Assembly: GCA_963773285.1 (NCBI GenBank)
Contig: CAVZAM010000006.1
Location: forward strand, 25,786 to 89,785
DNA from: an uncultured delta proteobacterium
Lineage (GTDB): Bacteria; Desulfobacterota; Desulfobaccia; Desulfobaccales; 0-14-0-80-60-11
Direction: 5' to 3'
Length of the DNA stretch: 64,000 nucleotides
Shown piece after piece: positions 31,759-41,350 of this stretch. The position numbers were made by a program, and so were the translations under genes. How positions within the stretch are numbered: the first letter of the stretch is position 1; the number at the start of each line of letters is the position of its first letter. The notes beneath the pieces are model-generated. The model made no database searches. It saw nothing but the letters and a program-made list of their open reading frames with translations, and was not told the DNA's origin.

Positions 31759-32865
31759 TCACCCGCCCAGCAGAAAGCGGCGCATGCGCAAGTTGAGCAG
31801 CAGGCCCACGGCCAGCATGGTGGTGATCAGGGAAGAGCCGCCGTAGCTGAACAGCGGCAGGGGAATCCCCACCACGGGCATGAGCCCCGTCACCATGCAC
31901 AGATTGATGAATACCTGCCAGAACAACAGGGCGGTCACCCCCAGGGCCAGCAGCTGCCCGAAGCGCTCCTTGCAGTTCCTGGCGATGAGCAGGCCCCAGA
32001 GAGCCAGGGCCAGGTAAAGGAATACCAGGAAGGCCGAGCCCACGAAGCCCCATTCCTCGGCAAAGACCGAAAAGGCGAAGTCGGTGTGCTGCTCGGGGAG
32101 GAAATGGAGCTGGCTCTGGGTCCCCTGCAAAAAGCCCTTGCCCCAGAACTGCCCCGAACCCACGGCAATCTTGGACTGGATAATGTGGTAGCCCGCCCCC
32201 AGGGGGTCCCGCTCCGGGTCGAGAAAGATGCGCACCCGCTGGCGCTGGTATTCCTTGAGAAAAGGCCACACCACCGGGATGGAGCCCAGAAGGGCCATGA
32301 CGCCTACCAGCAGGGTGCGCCAGTGTACCCCCACCAGCAGGATCATCGACACCCCCACCATGGTCACGAGTATGGCGGAGCCCAGATCGGGCTGCCTGGC
32401 GATGAGGGCCGCGGGGATGACGATGAGCACCAGAGGGTAGATGATGTCCTTGAAATACAGGGAGCCCTCCGGGGCCAGGCGGTGGAAATGCCGGGCCAGC
32501 ACCAGGATGATGGCGATCTTGACCAGCTCCGAGGGCTGGAAGGTGAAAAAGCCCGCCCCCAGCCAGCGCTTGGAGCCGGAGACGGTCTTGCCCCCCACCA
32601 TCACCGCCAGGAGCAGGATGATGCTCAGGATGTAGAGGGGGTAGGCCAGCCTCTCCAGGTAGCGGTAGTCGATGGTGATGGTGATGAATAAAATAAAGAG
32701 GCCCACCAGGAGCCAGTAGCTCTGCTTGAGGTAAACCGCGGTGCTGCCGCCGGGGGTGTGGTTGAAGCCGGCGCTGTATAAATTGACGATGCCGATGCCG
32801 GCAATGAGGAGAATCAAAGCCAGCAAGAGCCAGTCAAAGTTTTGCACTAAACGGCGGTCAATCAT
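31759..32865 (-). CDS. rodA: peptidoglycan glycosyltransferase RodA (SEDS family)
   Basis: 368-aa polytopic ORF with the motifs QPSELVKI and GIPLPLFSYGGSS. Confidence 0.93.
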   Translation of the reverse strand: MIDRRLVQNFDWLLLALILLIAGIGIVNLYSAGFNHTPGGSTAVYLKQSYWLLVGLFILFITITIDYRYLERLAYPLYILSIILLLAVMVGGKTVSGSKRWLGAGFFTFQPSELVKIAIILVLARHFHRLAPEGSLYFKDIIYPLVLIVIPAALIARQPDLGSAILVTMVGVSMILLVGVHWRTLLVGVMALLGSIPVVWPFLKEYQRQRVRIFLDPERDPLGAGYHIIQSKIAVGSGQFWGKGFLQGTQSQLHFLPEQHTDFAFSVFAEEWGFVGSAFLVFLYLALALWGLLIARNCKERFGQLLALGVTALLFWQVFINLCMVTGLMPVVGIPLPLFSYGGSSLITTMLAVGLLLNLRMRRFLLGG

Positions 32866-32868
32866 GGG

Positions 32869-32896
32869 TGAGCAGTTAGCAGTAAGCAGTGAGCAG
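32869..32896. repeat. tandem heptamer array (TGAGCAG TTAGCAG TAAGCAG TGAGCAG)
   Basis: Four exact-length TNAGCAG units begin 4 nt upstream of the rodA ATG. An imperfectly inverted counterpart lies at 33507-33536. Confidence 0.8.
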
Positions 32897-32920
32897 AAAA
32901 GTTATATCTTGGTTCTTTTC

Positions 32921-33463
32921 TTAAATTTTCCACCAATCCTTATGAGATAGTGGATTTGATCTTTCCGGACGCCTCACAGGAGGTGTCCCCGTCTTAATTC
33001 TTAATTTTTCTAAAAACACAGAAGGTCTTAATATTGTTACTGTTGTTTTGCAGGATAAATTCTTAAGAAAATCTTTGTCGTTAGTTAACATTATATTCAT
33101 CCCGCTCAACAAAGCTTCAGCCAATAATTGACAATCATTTTCTTTTGGGTGATCAACAAAGAATTCTGATTTTAACTGATTAAGCCTGTTTTGATCAAGC
33201 GTCTATGGACGACTGCTAAAAACTACAAGTTTGCCCATGGAATGAAGAAACCGCCTCTGATCATCAGAAATTTGCTGCCATTCTCTATCGACTATAGGTA
33301 AAATATATAGACGATTTTCTCTTACATCAGTATACAATGCTGTTCTAAGAGTACAAATTTTTTCTTTTCTTAATGCTTCATGGTCATTTAATGGGTCGTA
33401 ATTTGGCAAAGTAACGTCAACAAAATACGAAAGGATATTTGAGTCTATGGCTACTTTATTCAT
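32921..33463 (-). pseudogene. PIN-domain (VapC-like) toxin gene interrupted by an in-frame TAG
   Basis: ORFs 33203..33463 and 32921..33124 are in the same frame, with the single amber codon at 33203-33205. PIN acidic motifs are IDSNIL and NDCQLLAEALLSGMNIMLTNDKDF. It is AT-rich and has no adjacent antitoxin ORF. Confidence 0.8.
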
Positions 33464-33506
33464 TGTTCAGTATTGGCAGTCTAAGAGGTTAGGCCATCGT
33501 AATGAT

Positions 33507-33536
33507 CTGCTTACTGCTCAGCTATTTTACTGCTCT
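33507..33536. repeat. inverted heptamer array (CTGCTTA CTGCTCA ... CTGCTCT)
   Basis: It carries the reverse-complement TNAGCAG motif and ends 4 nt before the recR stop. Confidence 0.7.
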
Positions 33537-33539
33537 CTA

Positions 33540-34145
33540 TCACGTTTCCACGCGGTAGCTCAGGGCCTCCCGCAGGGTGTCCCGGTCGGCGTACTTGATG
33601 TCGCCCCCCATGGGGAGGCCGTAGGCGATGCGGCTCACCTTGACCCCCAGGGGCTTCAATTCCTGGCTGAGATAGGTGGTGGTGGTCTCGCCCTCCAGGC
33701 TGGGGTTCAGGGCCAGGATCACCTCGGTAATGCCCTCCGCCGTGACGCGCTCCAGGAGTTCCTTGATGTGCAGATCATCCGGCCCCACCCCCTCCAGGGG
33801 CGAGAGCACCCCCCCCAGGACGTGGTAGCGGCCCTGGTACCAGCCCACCTTTTCGATGGCCAGCAGATCGCCGGGGTCGGCCACCACCATGAGCACGCTC
33901 CCCTGGCGGGCCGGGTTGGCGCACAGGGGGCAGAGCTCCTGGTCCGCAAACGCGAAGCAGCGCCGGCACAGGTGCACCTTTTCCTTGAGATCCGCCAACG
34001 CCTGGACCAACTCCGTCACTTCCGCGTCCGGGGCCCGGAGCAGAAACAACGCCTGCCGGGCGGCCGTCTTCTCACCCACCCCGGGCCACCGGGATAGAGC
34101 CGCCACCACCCGCTGCAACGCCTCCGGATACGCGCCTTTTGCCAT
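33540..34145 (-). CDS. recR: recombination protein RecR
   Basis: 201-aa ORF with zinc finger CRRCFAFADQELCPLC and a Toprim region. Confidence 0.95.
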   Translation of the reverse strand: MAKGAYPEALQRVVAALSRWPGVGEKTAARQALFLLRAPDAEVTELVQALADLKEKVHLCRRCFAFADQELCPLCANPARQGSVLMVVADPGDLLAIEKVGWYQGRYHVLGGVLSPLEGVGPDDLHIKELLERVTAEGITEVILALNPSLEGETTTTYLSQELKPLGVKVSRIAYGLPMGGDIKYADRDTLREALSYRVET

Positions 34146-34166
34146 GCAATGTCCTCGTTGTTGTGG

Positions 34167-34363
34167 TTGTGGGGGAGGGGGTTCCCACGGGCTGGAAGCC
34201 CGTGCTACCGGGGCCAGCGGCCCTCACGCCCCCTCCCCCAATCCCTTGAGTTGGGGAAATTTATGGTCCAGATCGAGGCCAAGCCTCGCCTGGACCGTAA
34301 ACTCAAAGGGTTGGGAGGGGTGTGGGGGAGGGCAGGGAGCCTCTGCTCCCTGGCCCTCCCCCC
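34167..34363 (+). repeat. G/C-tract modular repeat, copy 5 (variant left hairpin)
   Basis: The left unit is replaced by GGGGGAGGGGGTTCCCACGGGCtggaaGCCCGTG...; the right units match the consensus. The centre is shared with copies 6 and 12. Confidence 0.88.
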
Positions 34364-34371
34364 ATAAACTC

Positions 34372-34682
34372 TTACCCGAACATCCCCGGGATGGACATGC
34401 CGCCGGTTAGTTTGCTCATTTCCTGGGCCACCATTTCCCGGGAGCGGTTCAGGGCTTCATTGATGGCAGCCAGGACCAGGTCCTGGAGCATATCGACGTC
34501 GTCGGGGGTGGCCACTTCCGGGTCGATTTTCAGGGACACCAGTTCCTGGCGGCCGTTGACCACAGCCTCCACCATGCCGCCGCCGGCCTGGGCGGTGACG
34601 GTGCGTTCACCAAGTTCGGCCTGGAGATCCTGCATCTTCTTTTGCAGGGCCTGGGCCTGTTTCATAAGGCCGCCAAGGTTTT

Positions 34683-34686
<4 letters not shown>
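34372..34686 (-). CDS. ybaB: nucleoid-associated protein YbaB/EbfC
   Basis: 104-aa ORF beginning MKQAQALQKKMQDLQAEL. GTG start with RBS AGGAGG. Confidence 0.93.
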
Positions 34687-36300
<1,614 letters not shown>

Positions 36301-36354
36301 AAGGCACTATTAAGGCGTTGTACAATAAGTCAAGCCAGGCTCGAGGCGCGTGTG

Positions 36355-36734
36355 CTACTGAGCCTGGGGGTTATTTTCCCAGAGACCGAAGCCGTTGTTT
36401 TCCGGGTCAAGGCAGACGGCAAAATAGCCCATGCCAGGGATGGCCATCTTCGGGAACCACCACCTGGCCGCCCAAGGCTTTTGACCTTGGCCGTGGCTTC
36501 ATCTACCGACGGCACGTCGATGTACACGATGGTTTTCTGCTCCGGGTCCTGCCGCTTCATCATGCCGCCGTCGACCCCCATCTGGCCCTCTTCCCGGCCG
36601 GTATTGATCATCCAGTATTCCATGGGGGTGTCGCCGCTAAATTTTTCTATTTTCCAGCCGAACAGCTCCCCATAGAATTTCCTGGCCCTTGCCACATCGT
36701 CCGCGGGAATTTCAAAATGAACTACGGTAGCCAT
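36355..36734 (-). pseudogene. VOC/glyoxalase-family protein with two nearby 1-nt insertions
   Basis: MATVVHFEIPADDVARARKFYGELFGW... Removing one G from GGG at 36471-36473 and one from GGG at 36452-36454 restores SLGGQVVVPKMAIPGMGYFAVCLDPENNGFGLWENNPQAQ-stop. Confidence 0.8.
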
Positions 36735-36837
36735 AATCTTTGCCTCCGTTCCCTCCAGTTTAGAGAAAAGGTAGGCACTGCCACCGGCCGCGGCAAGAGG
36801 CTCGAAGAGGGGTATGCTAAACCGCCAGGCACTTAAA

Positions 36838-36930
36838 TGGCGGAGAGAGAGGGATTCGAACCCTCGGTAAGTCTTTTGGACCTACACGCGATTTCCAGTC
36901 GCGCCCCTTCAGCCGCTCGGGCATCTCTCC
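36838..36930 (-). tRNA. tRNA-Ser (anticodon GGA)
   Basis: Acceptor GGAGAGA/TCTCTCC, anticodon loop CTGGAAA, long variable arm, T loop GGTTCGAATCC, encoded CCA. Confidence 0.9.
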
Positions 36931-36959
36931 GGTAAATTAAATTTTGGTTTGTTCTCTGT

Positions 36960-37319
36960 TTATTTCTTTTGAGCGTAATCTACCATGCCTTGAAAATCAA
37001 CCACGATAACCGGTTCCTGGCCCACCACCCAGGCATCGTGCCCGGGGGGAAGCGATGCTACGTCCCCTGCCTTCAGGTCCACTGCCGTGCCGTCATCCAT
37101 GACCACGTGCAGGGTGCCGGCCAGATGATACTGGAAATGGGGGGCCAGGCAACTCGGCGTTTGAGCCAGGGGCTTGACATGCTCCGACCAAATCCAGCCC
37201 GGCTCGAAGGTGGCCCGCCCCACGGTGACGCCGCCCAGGTTGACCAACTCCACTTTTCCTTTGGGGAAGGTTCTCACTTCATCCGGTTTATCGAGGCTTT
37301 TCACTGCCAGTTTGGTCAT
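36960..37319 (-). CDS. cupin-domain protein
   Basis: An internal ATG at 37319 follows GGGAGG. The cupin core is PHFQYHLAGTLHVVMDDGT..GDVASLPPGHDAW. Confidence 0.75.
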   Translation of the reverse strand: MTKLAVKSLDKPDEVRTFPKGKVELVNLGGVTVGRATFEPGWIWSEHVKPLAQTPSCLAPHFQYHLAGTLHVVMDDGTAVDLKAGDVASLPPGHDAWVVGQEPVIVVDFQGMVDYAQKK

Positions 37320-37359
37320 GGTTGATGAACCTCCCACAAGACAGACCGAAAACCAGGTT

Positions 37360-37453
37360 TGGCGGAGGGGGTGGGATTCGAACCCACGTGGGAGTGATTA
37401 GCCCCCAAGTCGATTTCGAGTCGACCCCGTTACGGCCTCTTCGGTACCCCTCC
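37360..37453 (-). tRNA. tRNA-Ser (anticodon CGA)
   Basis: Acceptor GGAGGGG/CCCCTCC, anticodon stem-loop GTCGA-CTCGAAA-TCGAC, long variable arm, encoded CCA. Confidence 0.9.
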
Positions 37454-37543
37454 GTTGATAGCAATAAGCTCCAGCCTTAAGCTATAAGCTTAAAAAGTCA
37501 GAATGGACATCTTGCGCACCAAAAGCGGCGCTCCACAGTTGAA

Positions 37544-38041
37544 CTACCATTTAGCGGACTCGCGCCGCTCCCGGAAAAAATTCTGCATCAACTCCCGGCA
37601 CTCGGCCTCCCGGACGCCGCCGGTGACCTCCAGGCGGTGGTTGAGCCGCGGGTCCTCGGGAATGCGGTACAGGGACACGCAGGCCCCGGCCTTGGGGTCC
37701 GTGGCGCCGAAGACCAGGCGCTTGATCCGGGCGTAAATCAGGGCCCCGGTGCACATGAGGCACGGCTCCATAGTAACATAGAGGGTGGTGCCGGGCAACC
37801 GGTAATTCCCCAGGATTTCAGCAGCCTGGCGCAGGGCCAGGATCTCGGCGTGGGCCGTGGGGTCGTTTAGGGAGATGGGAAAATTGTGGGCATGGGCCAC
37901 CATCTGGCCGCCTTCGATGACCAGCACCGCGCCCACCGGCACCTCCCCGGCCTCCAGGGACAGCCGGGCCTGGTACAGGGCCTCCCCCATGTATTGCTCA
38001 TCAAGGCTTGCGCCCGGGTCCCCGGAAAAATGTTGCACCAT
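37544..38041 (-). CDS. tadA: tRNA adenosine(34) deaminase
   Basis: 165-aa ORF with the deaminase motifs HAEILAL and PCLMCTGA. Confidence 0.92.
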   Translation of the reverse strand: MVQHFSGDPGASLDEQYMGEALYQARLSLEAGEVPVGAVLVIEGGQMVAHAHNFPISLNDPTAHAEILALRQAAEILGNYRLPGTTLYVTMEPCLMCTGALIYARIKRLVFGATDPKAGACVSLYRIPEDPRLNHRLEVTGGVREAECRELMQNFFRERRESAKW

Positions 38042-38089
38042 AACCCCCCACGTCTGCCGGCAAAGAACGATTAAGCGGCTGCCAAAAAG

Positions 38090-38461
38090 TTAATCCGCCC
38101 CGGGTTTGGCCTTGCCGGCCTGCCAGGGCCAGCGGCCGGTGATTTCCACTTCCAGGGAGAAACTCAGGAAGGTGCGGATAAGGACCAAAAGTCCCAGCAC
38201 CGACAGGTCCTGCAGGGTGGGGCCGATGGCCACCGTCCCCACGATGTCCGCGGCCACCAGGAATTCCAGGCCCAGGAGGATGGCCCTGCCGAAGTCGCTG
38301 CGGAACTGCGTGAAGGCAGCGTTGGGGCCCACCTGCACGGACCGCCGGAGAAAAGCCGCGGTGGTGCCGATGGCCCCGATGACCACAATGGCCACCCCGG
38401 CGGTTTCCAGGCCTGACGAGATGAAGAGCCAGAGGGTACTCAGGAATTCAGTCTGTTTCAA
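38090..38461 (-). CDS. DUF1622-domain membrane protein
   Basis: 123-aa ORF with the segments RAILLGLEFLVAADIV and LIRTFLSFSLEVE. Its TTG start overlaps the upstream stop (TTGA). Confidence 0.7.
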   Translation of the reverse strand: MKQTEFLSTLWLFISSGLETAGVAIVVIGAIGTTAAFLRRSVQVGPNAAFTQFRSDFGRAILLGLEFLVAADIVGTVAIGPTLQDLSVLGLLVLIRTFLSFSLEVEITGRWPWQAGKAKPGAD

Positions 38462-38904
38462 GGTCCTTCACCGGGAGAAAAAGAGCTGTCTTTATGCTCA
38501 GATGCCCCACTGCGGCCGGGTTTGCTGCCCCGGGGTTGCCCCAGGAGCTGCAAAGCTGCTGCGGTGTAACCCTGCAATAATGCCGTGGCCTTGTCTTCCT
38601 GCTCAAGGAGGGCCTGGCCCCGGCTCCTCAAATTTTGGGGGAGGTCCTGGTCGAGGAGGGCCACTACGGCCTGACGCTGCTCCTTATGCCTGGTGGCCAG
38701 CAAACGCAGGCGCAGGACCAGGAGTTGGGTAAGCACCGGGTCCTCCGCAAAGGGCAGCCATTTCAGGGCCCGGGGGAAGTCTTCCTCCTCCAGGGCCGCC
38801 AGGGCCAGGTGGCGGTAAAAACCGGCTGGCAGGAGCCCCGTGTCAGCCAGGGCCGCGGTCGCTACCCGGCGCCCCAGGGCCACCAGAATGCCGATGCCAA
38901 ACAT
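38458..38904 (-). CDS. hypothetical protein (148 aa)
   Basis: ORF with an ATG start and an N-terminal hydrophobic segment. I recognise no family. Confidence 0.45.
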   Translation of the reverse strand: MFGIGILVALGRRVATAALADTGLLPAGFYRHLALAALEEEDFPRALKWLPFAEDPVLTQLLVLRLRLLATRHKEQRQAVVALLDQDLPQNLRSRGQALLEQEDKATALLQGYTAAALQLLGQPRGSKPGRSGASEHKDSSFSPGEGP

Positions 38905-38930
38905 GATCTGGCCCGCAAGACTAGGCTAAA

Positions 38931-38975
38931 TGAGGGGAGGGCCGGGGGACCAGTGGGGCCCCCGCCCTCTCACCC
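38931..38975 (-). repeat. G/C-tract repeat, solitary right-hand hairpin unit (inverted)
   Basis: TGAGGGGAGGGCCGGGGGACCAGTGGGGCCCCCGCCCTCTCACCC closely matches the reverse complement of the right unit of copy 7. Confidence 0.7.
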
Positions 38976-38998
38976 GCAAATTTTTCCCCCAACTAACG

Positions 38999-39322
38999 TT
39001 ACGCCCGGTGGGCCTGGATGCCTTCGTCCACCAGGTTCTGGAGGATTTCCCGGAGTTCCGGCAAATCTTCCGTCAAATCGGTGATGCGCTGTTTCACCTG
39101 GCGGTAGTCGTCGTCGTTGCCCTCCCGGCTTTTATCCAGGGTATCTCGCAAGGCCACGGCGAGGCGCCGGTCCAGCCGGATGAGCCCGGCCGCGGCGCCG
39201 GTCAGTTCCAGTACCCCTTGGGTGAAGTGGTGGCCGGTGACTTCATAGATGGTGATTTCGGTCACCAGGCCCGCCAGAGCGCCCACAAAGGCTCCGGTGA
39301 CGGAAAGATTTTTATTGGCCAT
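38999..39322 (-). CDS. hypothetical protein (107 aa)
   Basis: An internal ATG at 39322 follows GGAAGGGGG. It has a Gly/Ala hydrophobic N-terminus and a charged helical C-terminus. Confidence 0.5.
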   Translation of the reverse strand: MANKNLSVTGAFVGALAGLVTEITIYEVTGHHFTQGVLELTGAAAGLIRLDRRLAVALRDTLDKSREGNDDDYRQVKQRITDLTEDLPELREILQNLVDEGIQAHRA

Positions 39323-39434
39323 GACAGCCCCCTTCCTGACTTGCAGGATTGTTTTCAGAAAAGTGCCTGAAAAGATCGACATTGACAAAGTGTAATTTAA
39401 TCCGGGCCCCGGCGAAACTCCAAAATCTTGGAGA

Positions 39435-39695
39435 TTAAATACCGCCCTGACCTGTTTCCTGGGGCTTCCCCTGGGCCAGCTTTTCTGCCAGACGCTCGGT
39501 TTCGTGCAGCATGCGGCTCACGTGCCGGTCCTTTTCGCCCAGGCGGCGCTTGAGTTCACGATTTTCCCGCGCCAGGCGGCCCACTTCGGATTTCCCCAGC
39601 CAGGACCTTACCCGGCCGGCCAGCCAGACCAGCCCTATCCCCAGACCGAGCCCGGCGGCCAGCCCCAGGGAGAATTCTAACACATGAAATTCCAT
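39435..39695 (-). CDS. small membrane-anchored coiled-coil protein
   Basis: 86-aa ORF with TM segment GLAAGLGLGIGLVWLAG followed by a Arg/Glu-rich helix. No SD is present, and TATAAT abuts the ATG, so it may be leaderless. Confidence 0.45.
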   Translation of the reverse strand: MEFHVLEFSLGLAAGLGLGIGLVWLAGRVRSWLGKSEVGRLARENRELKRRLGEKDRHVSRMLHETERLAEKLAQGKPQETGQGGI

Positions 39696-39905
39696 ATTAT
39701 ATTAGACCCATGATGAAGCAAAACGTGAAGGCGATAAGCCCTCCTCACCATGCTTTCACCTGGCCCACACCTTTTTCTTACCACCCAATTTTATTGACAT
39801 ATTAGCACCAGTCGCCCTGATCGTCAATGTGCCCGGCGAGGCTCGGCAAGGCCCCGATCAGGCTTGCTTGGGGATCGGGAAGCCGGGGGATAAGGGAAGC
39901 CCTCC

Positions 39906-40778
39906 CTACTCGGTGCCGATGAAAAAGGGCCGAAAATCCGATTCCGGCCGGGTCAGGGCCTTTTTGAGGATTGCCAGCATCTGGTCACGGTCTTCAGGGA
40001 GGCTGCCCGACACGTTGACGTAATTAGTGTAATGATCGCTCTCCACCCGCACGGGCATAGTGATACCCGCGAGGAGAGCCGCAGTTTCGGCCAGCACCTG
40101 GTGGGGGCCGAGCATGACGAAGCGCCCGGCCTGCACATCTTCCAGAAGAGGCGTGTTCACCTTGGGGACGAAGGTACGCAGGCGCAGCACCGTGGGCGGG
40201 GCTTCGTTCACCAGGGCCGCGGTTTTGCTGGCATGGGCCGCGGTTCTTTCCTGGCCGCCGATGCCCAACATGACGTAGGCATTGAGCTCGATCCCCGCTT
40301 CCCGCAGCAGCCGGGACGCCTCGGCATGCACCTCCCGGGTGGCGCCTTTTTTGACCGCCGCCAGAATATCGTCATCGCCGCTCTCCCAGCCCACGTGAAT
40401 CCGACTGAGCCCGGCTTCGGCCAGGAGGCGCAGCTCATCAAGCCCCTTTTTCACGATAAACTGCGAGGACCCGTACACCGTGAGGCGCGTCAGATTCGGG
40501 AACAGGTCCCGGGCGTGACGGCAAATCTCGGCCAGGGCAGGGGTGGGCATGGCGATGGTATTCCCGGCCGGGAAAAAAATCGTCCGCACCCGGTCCCCGT
40601 CTTGACGGGCCGCCTCCGCCAGGTCTTCCTTGATCTCCTGGACCGGCCGCACCTTGAACCGGGTGTTCTTGTATACCAGACAAAAAGTGCAGCGGTTGTG
40701 GGGACAACCCACCGTGGCCTGGACCAGAAGACTCCTGGCCTCGCTGGGCGGCCGATATATGGGACCTTCGTAGCGCAT
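39906..40778 (-). CDS. radical SAM protein
   Basis: 290-aa ORF with the CxxxCxxC cluster GCPHNRCTFC near the N-terminus. The subfamily is not identified. Confidence 0.85.
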   Translation of the reverse strand: MRYEGPIYRPPSEARSLLVQATVGCPHNRCTFCLVYKNTRFKVRPVQEIKEDLAEAARQDGDRVRTIFFPAGNTIAMPTPALAEICRHARDLFPNLTRLTVYGSSQFIVKKGLDELRLLAEAGLSRIHVGWESGDDDILAAVKKGATREVHAEASRLLREAGIELNAYVMLGIGGQERTAAHASKTAALVNEAPPTVLRLRTFVPKVNTPLLEDVQAGRFVMLGPHQVLAETAALLAGITMPVRVESDHYTNYVNVSGSLPEDRDQMLAILKKALTRPESDFRPFFIGTE

Positions 40779-40788
40779 GGTGTGTAGG

Positions 40789-40979
40789 TTGGCGGGGGAG
40801 GGGGCTAAGGGCCGGTGGGACCCTTACCCCCTCCCCCGCACCCCCTCCCCCAATCCCTTGAGTTTGGGAAATTTATAGTCCAGGCTCGAGGCCTAGCTTC
40901 GCCTGGACCATATACTCAAAGGGTTGGGAGGGGGGCTTGGGGGGAGGGCAGGGAGCCGCGGCTCCCTGGCCCTCCCCCC
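40789..40979 (+). repeat. G/C-tract modular repeat, copy 6 (full length)
   Basis: Matches the consensus. The centre GGGAAATTTATAGTCCAGGC..GCCTGGACC is shared with copy 5. Confidence 0.9.
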
Positions 40980-40996
40980 AAGACATAAACTTCCAA

Positions 40997-41311
40997 TCAA
41001 ATCGGCGGGGCGATGGTGACGAGGAGGCGCAGGTCGGTGGTGGCCATGAGGCCGTGGGGTTCGGCGATGTCGCAGACCAGCACGTCGCCTTTCCTGGCGG
41101 GCAGGGGTTCGGCCCCGCCGAGAAACTCACCTTCTCCCTCAAGAATCACCATGCTCACCTGGCCTTCGAGGTCGTGGCTGTGCACCGCCATCTGCTGCCC
41201 GGCTTTGAAGTTGAAATTGAGGATCTTCATGTAGGGCGAGTCATTGACCAGGAGCCGTTTAAAGCTCTGGTCGCTGAAGGCACCGGCCTCATACAGGTTG
41301 ATTTTATGCAT
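40997..41311 (-). CDS. cupin-domain protein
   Basis: 104-aa ORF with the cupin core GQQMAVHSHDLEGQVSMVILEGEG...GDVLVCDIAEPHG. Confidence 0.8.
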   Translation of the reverse strand: MHKINLYEAGAFSDQSFKRLLVNDSPYMKILNFNFKAGQQMAVHSHDLEGQVSMVILEGEGEFLGGAEPLPARKGDVLVCDIAEPHGLMATTDLRLLVTIAPPI

Positions 41312-41350
41312 GGGGTCCTCCTACCCAAATTCCGCCCTGGGTTTCAGGCC

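Noticed and set aside
33203-33205. The in-frame TAG in the PIN gene as pyrrolysine or read-through recoding
   Set aside because: No pyl genes or recoding signals are visible. The gene is an orphan toxin on an AT-rich islet, where inactivation by a nonsense mutation is the simpler explanation.
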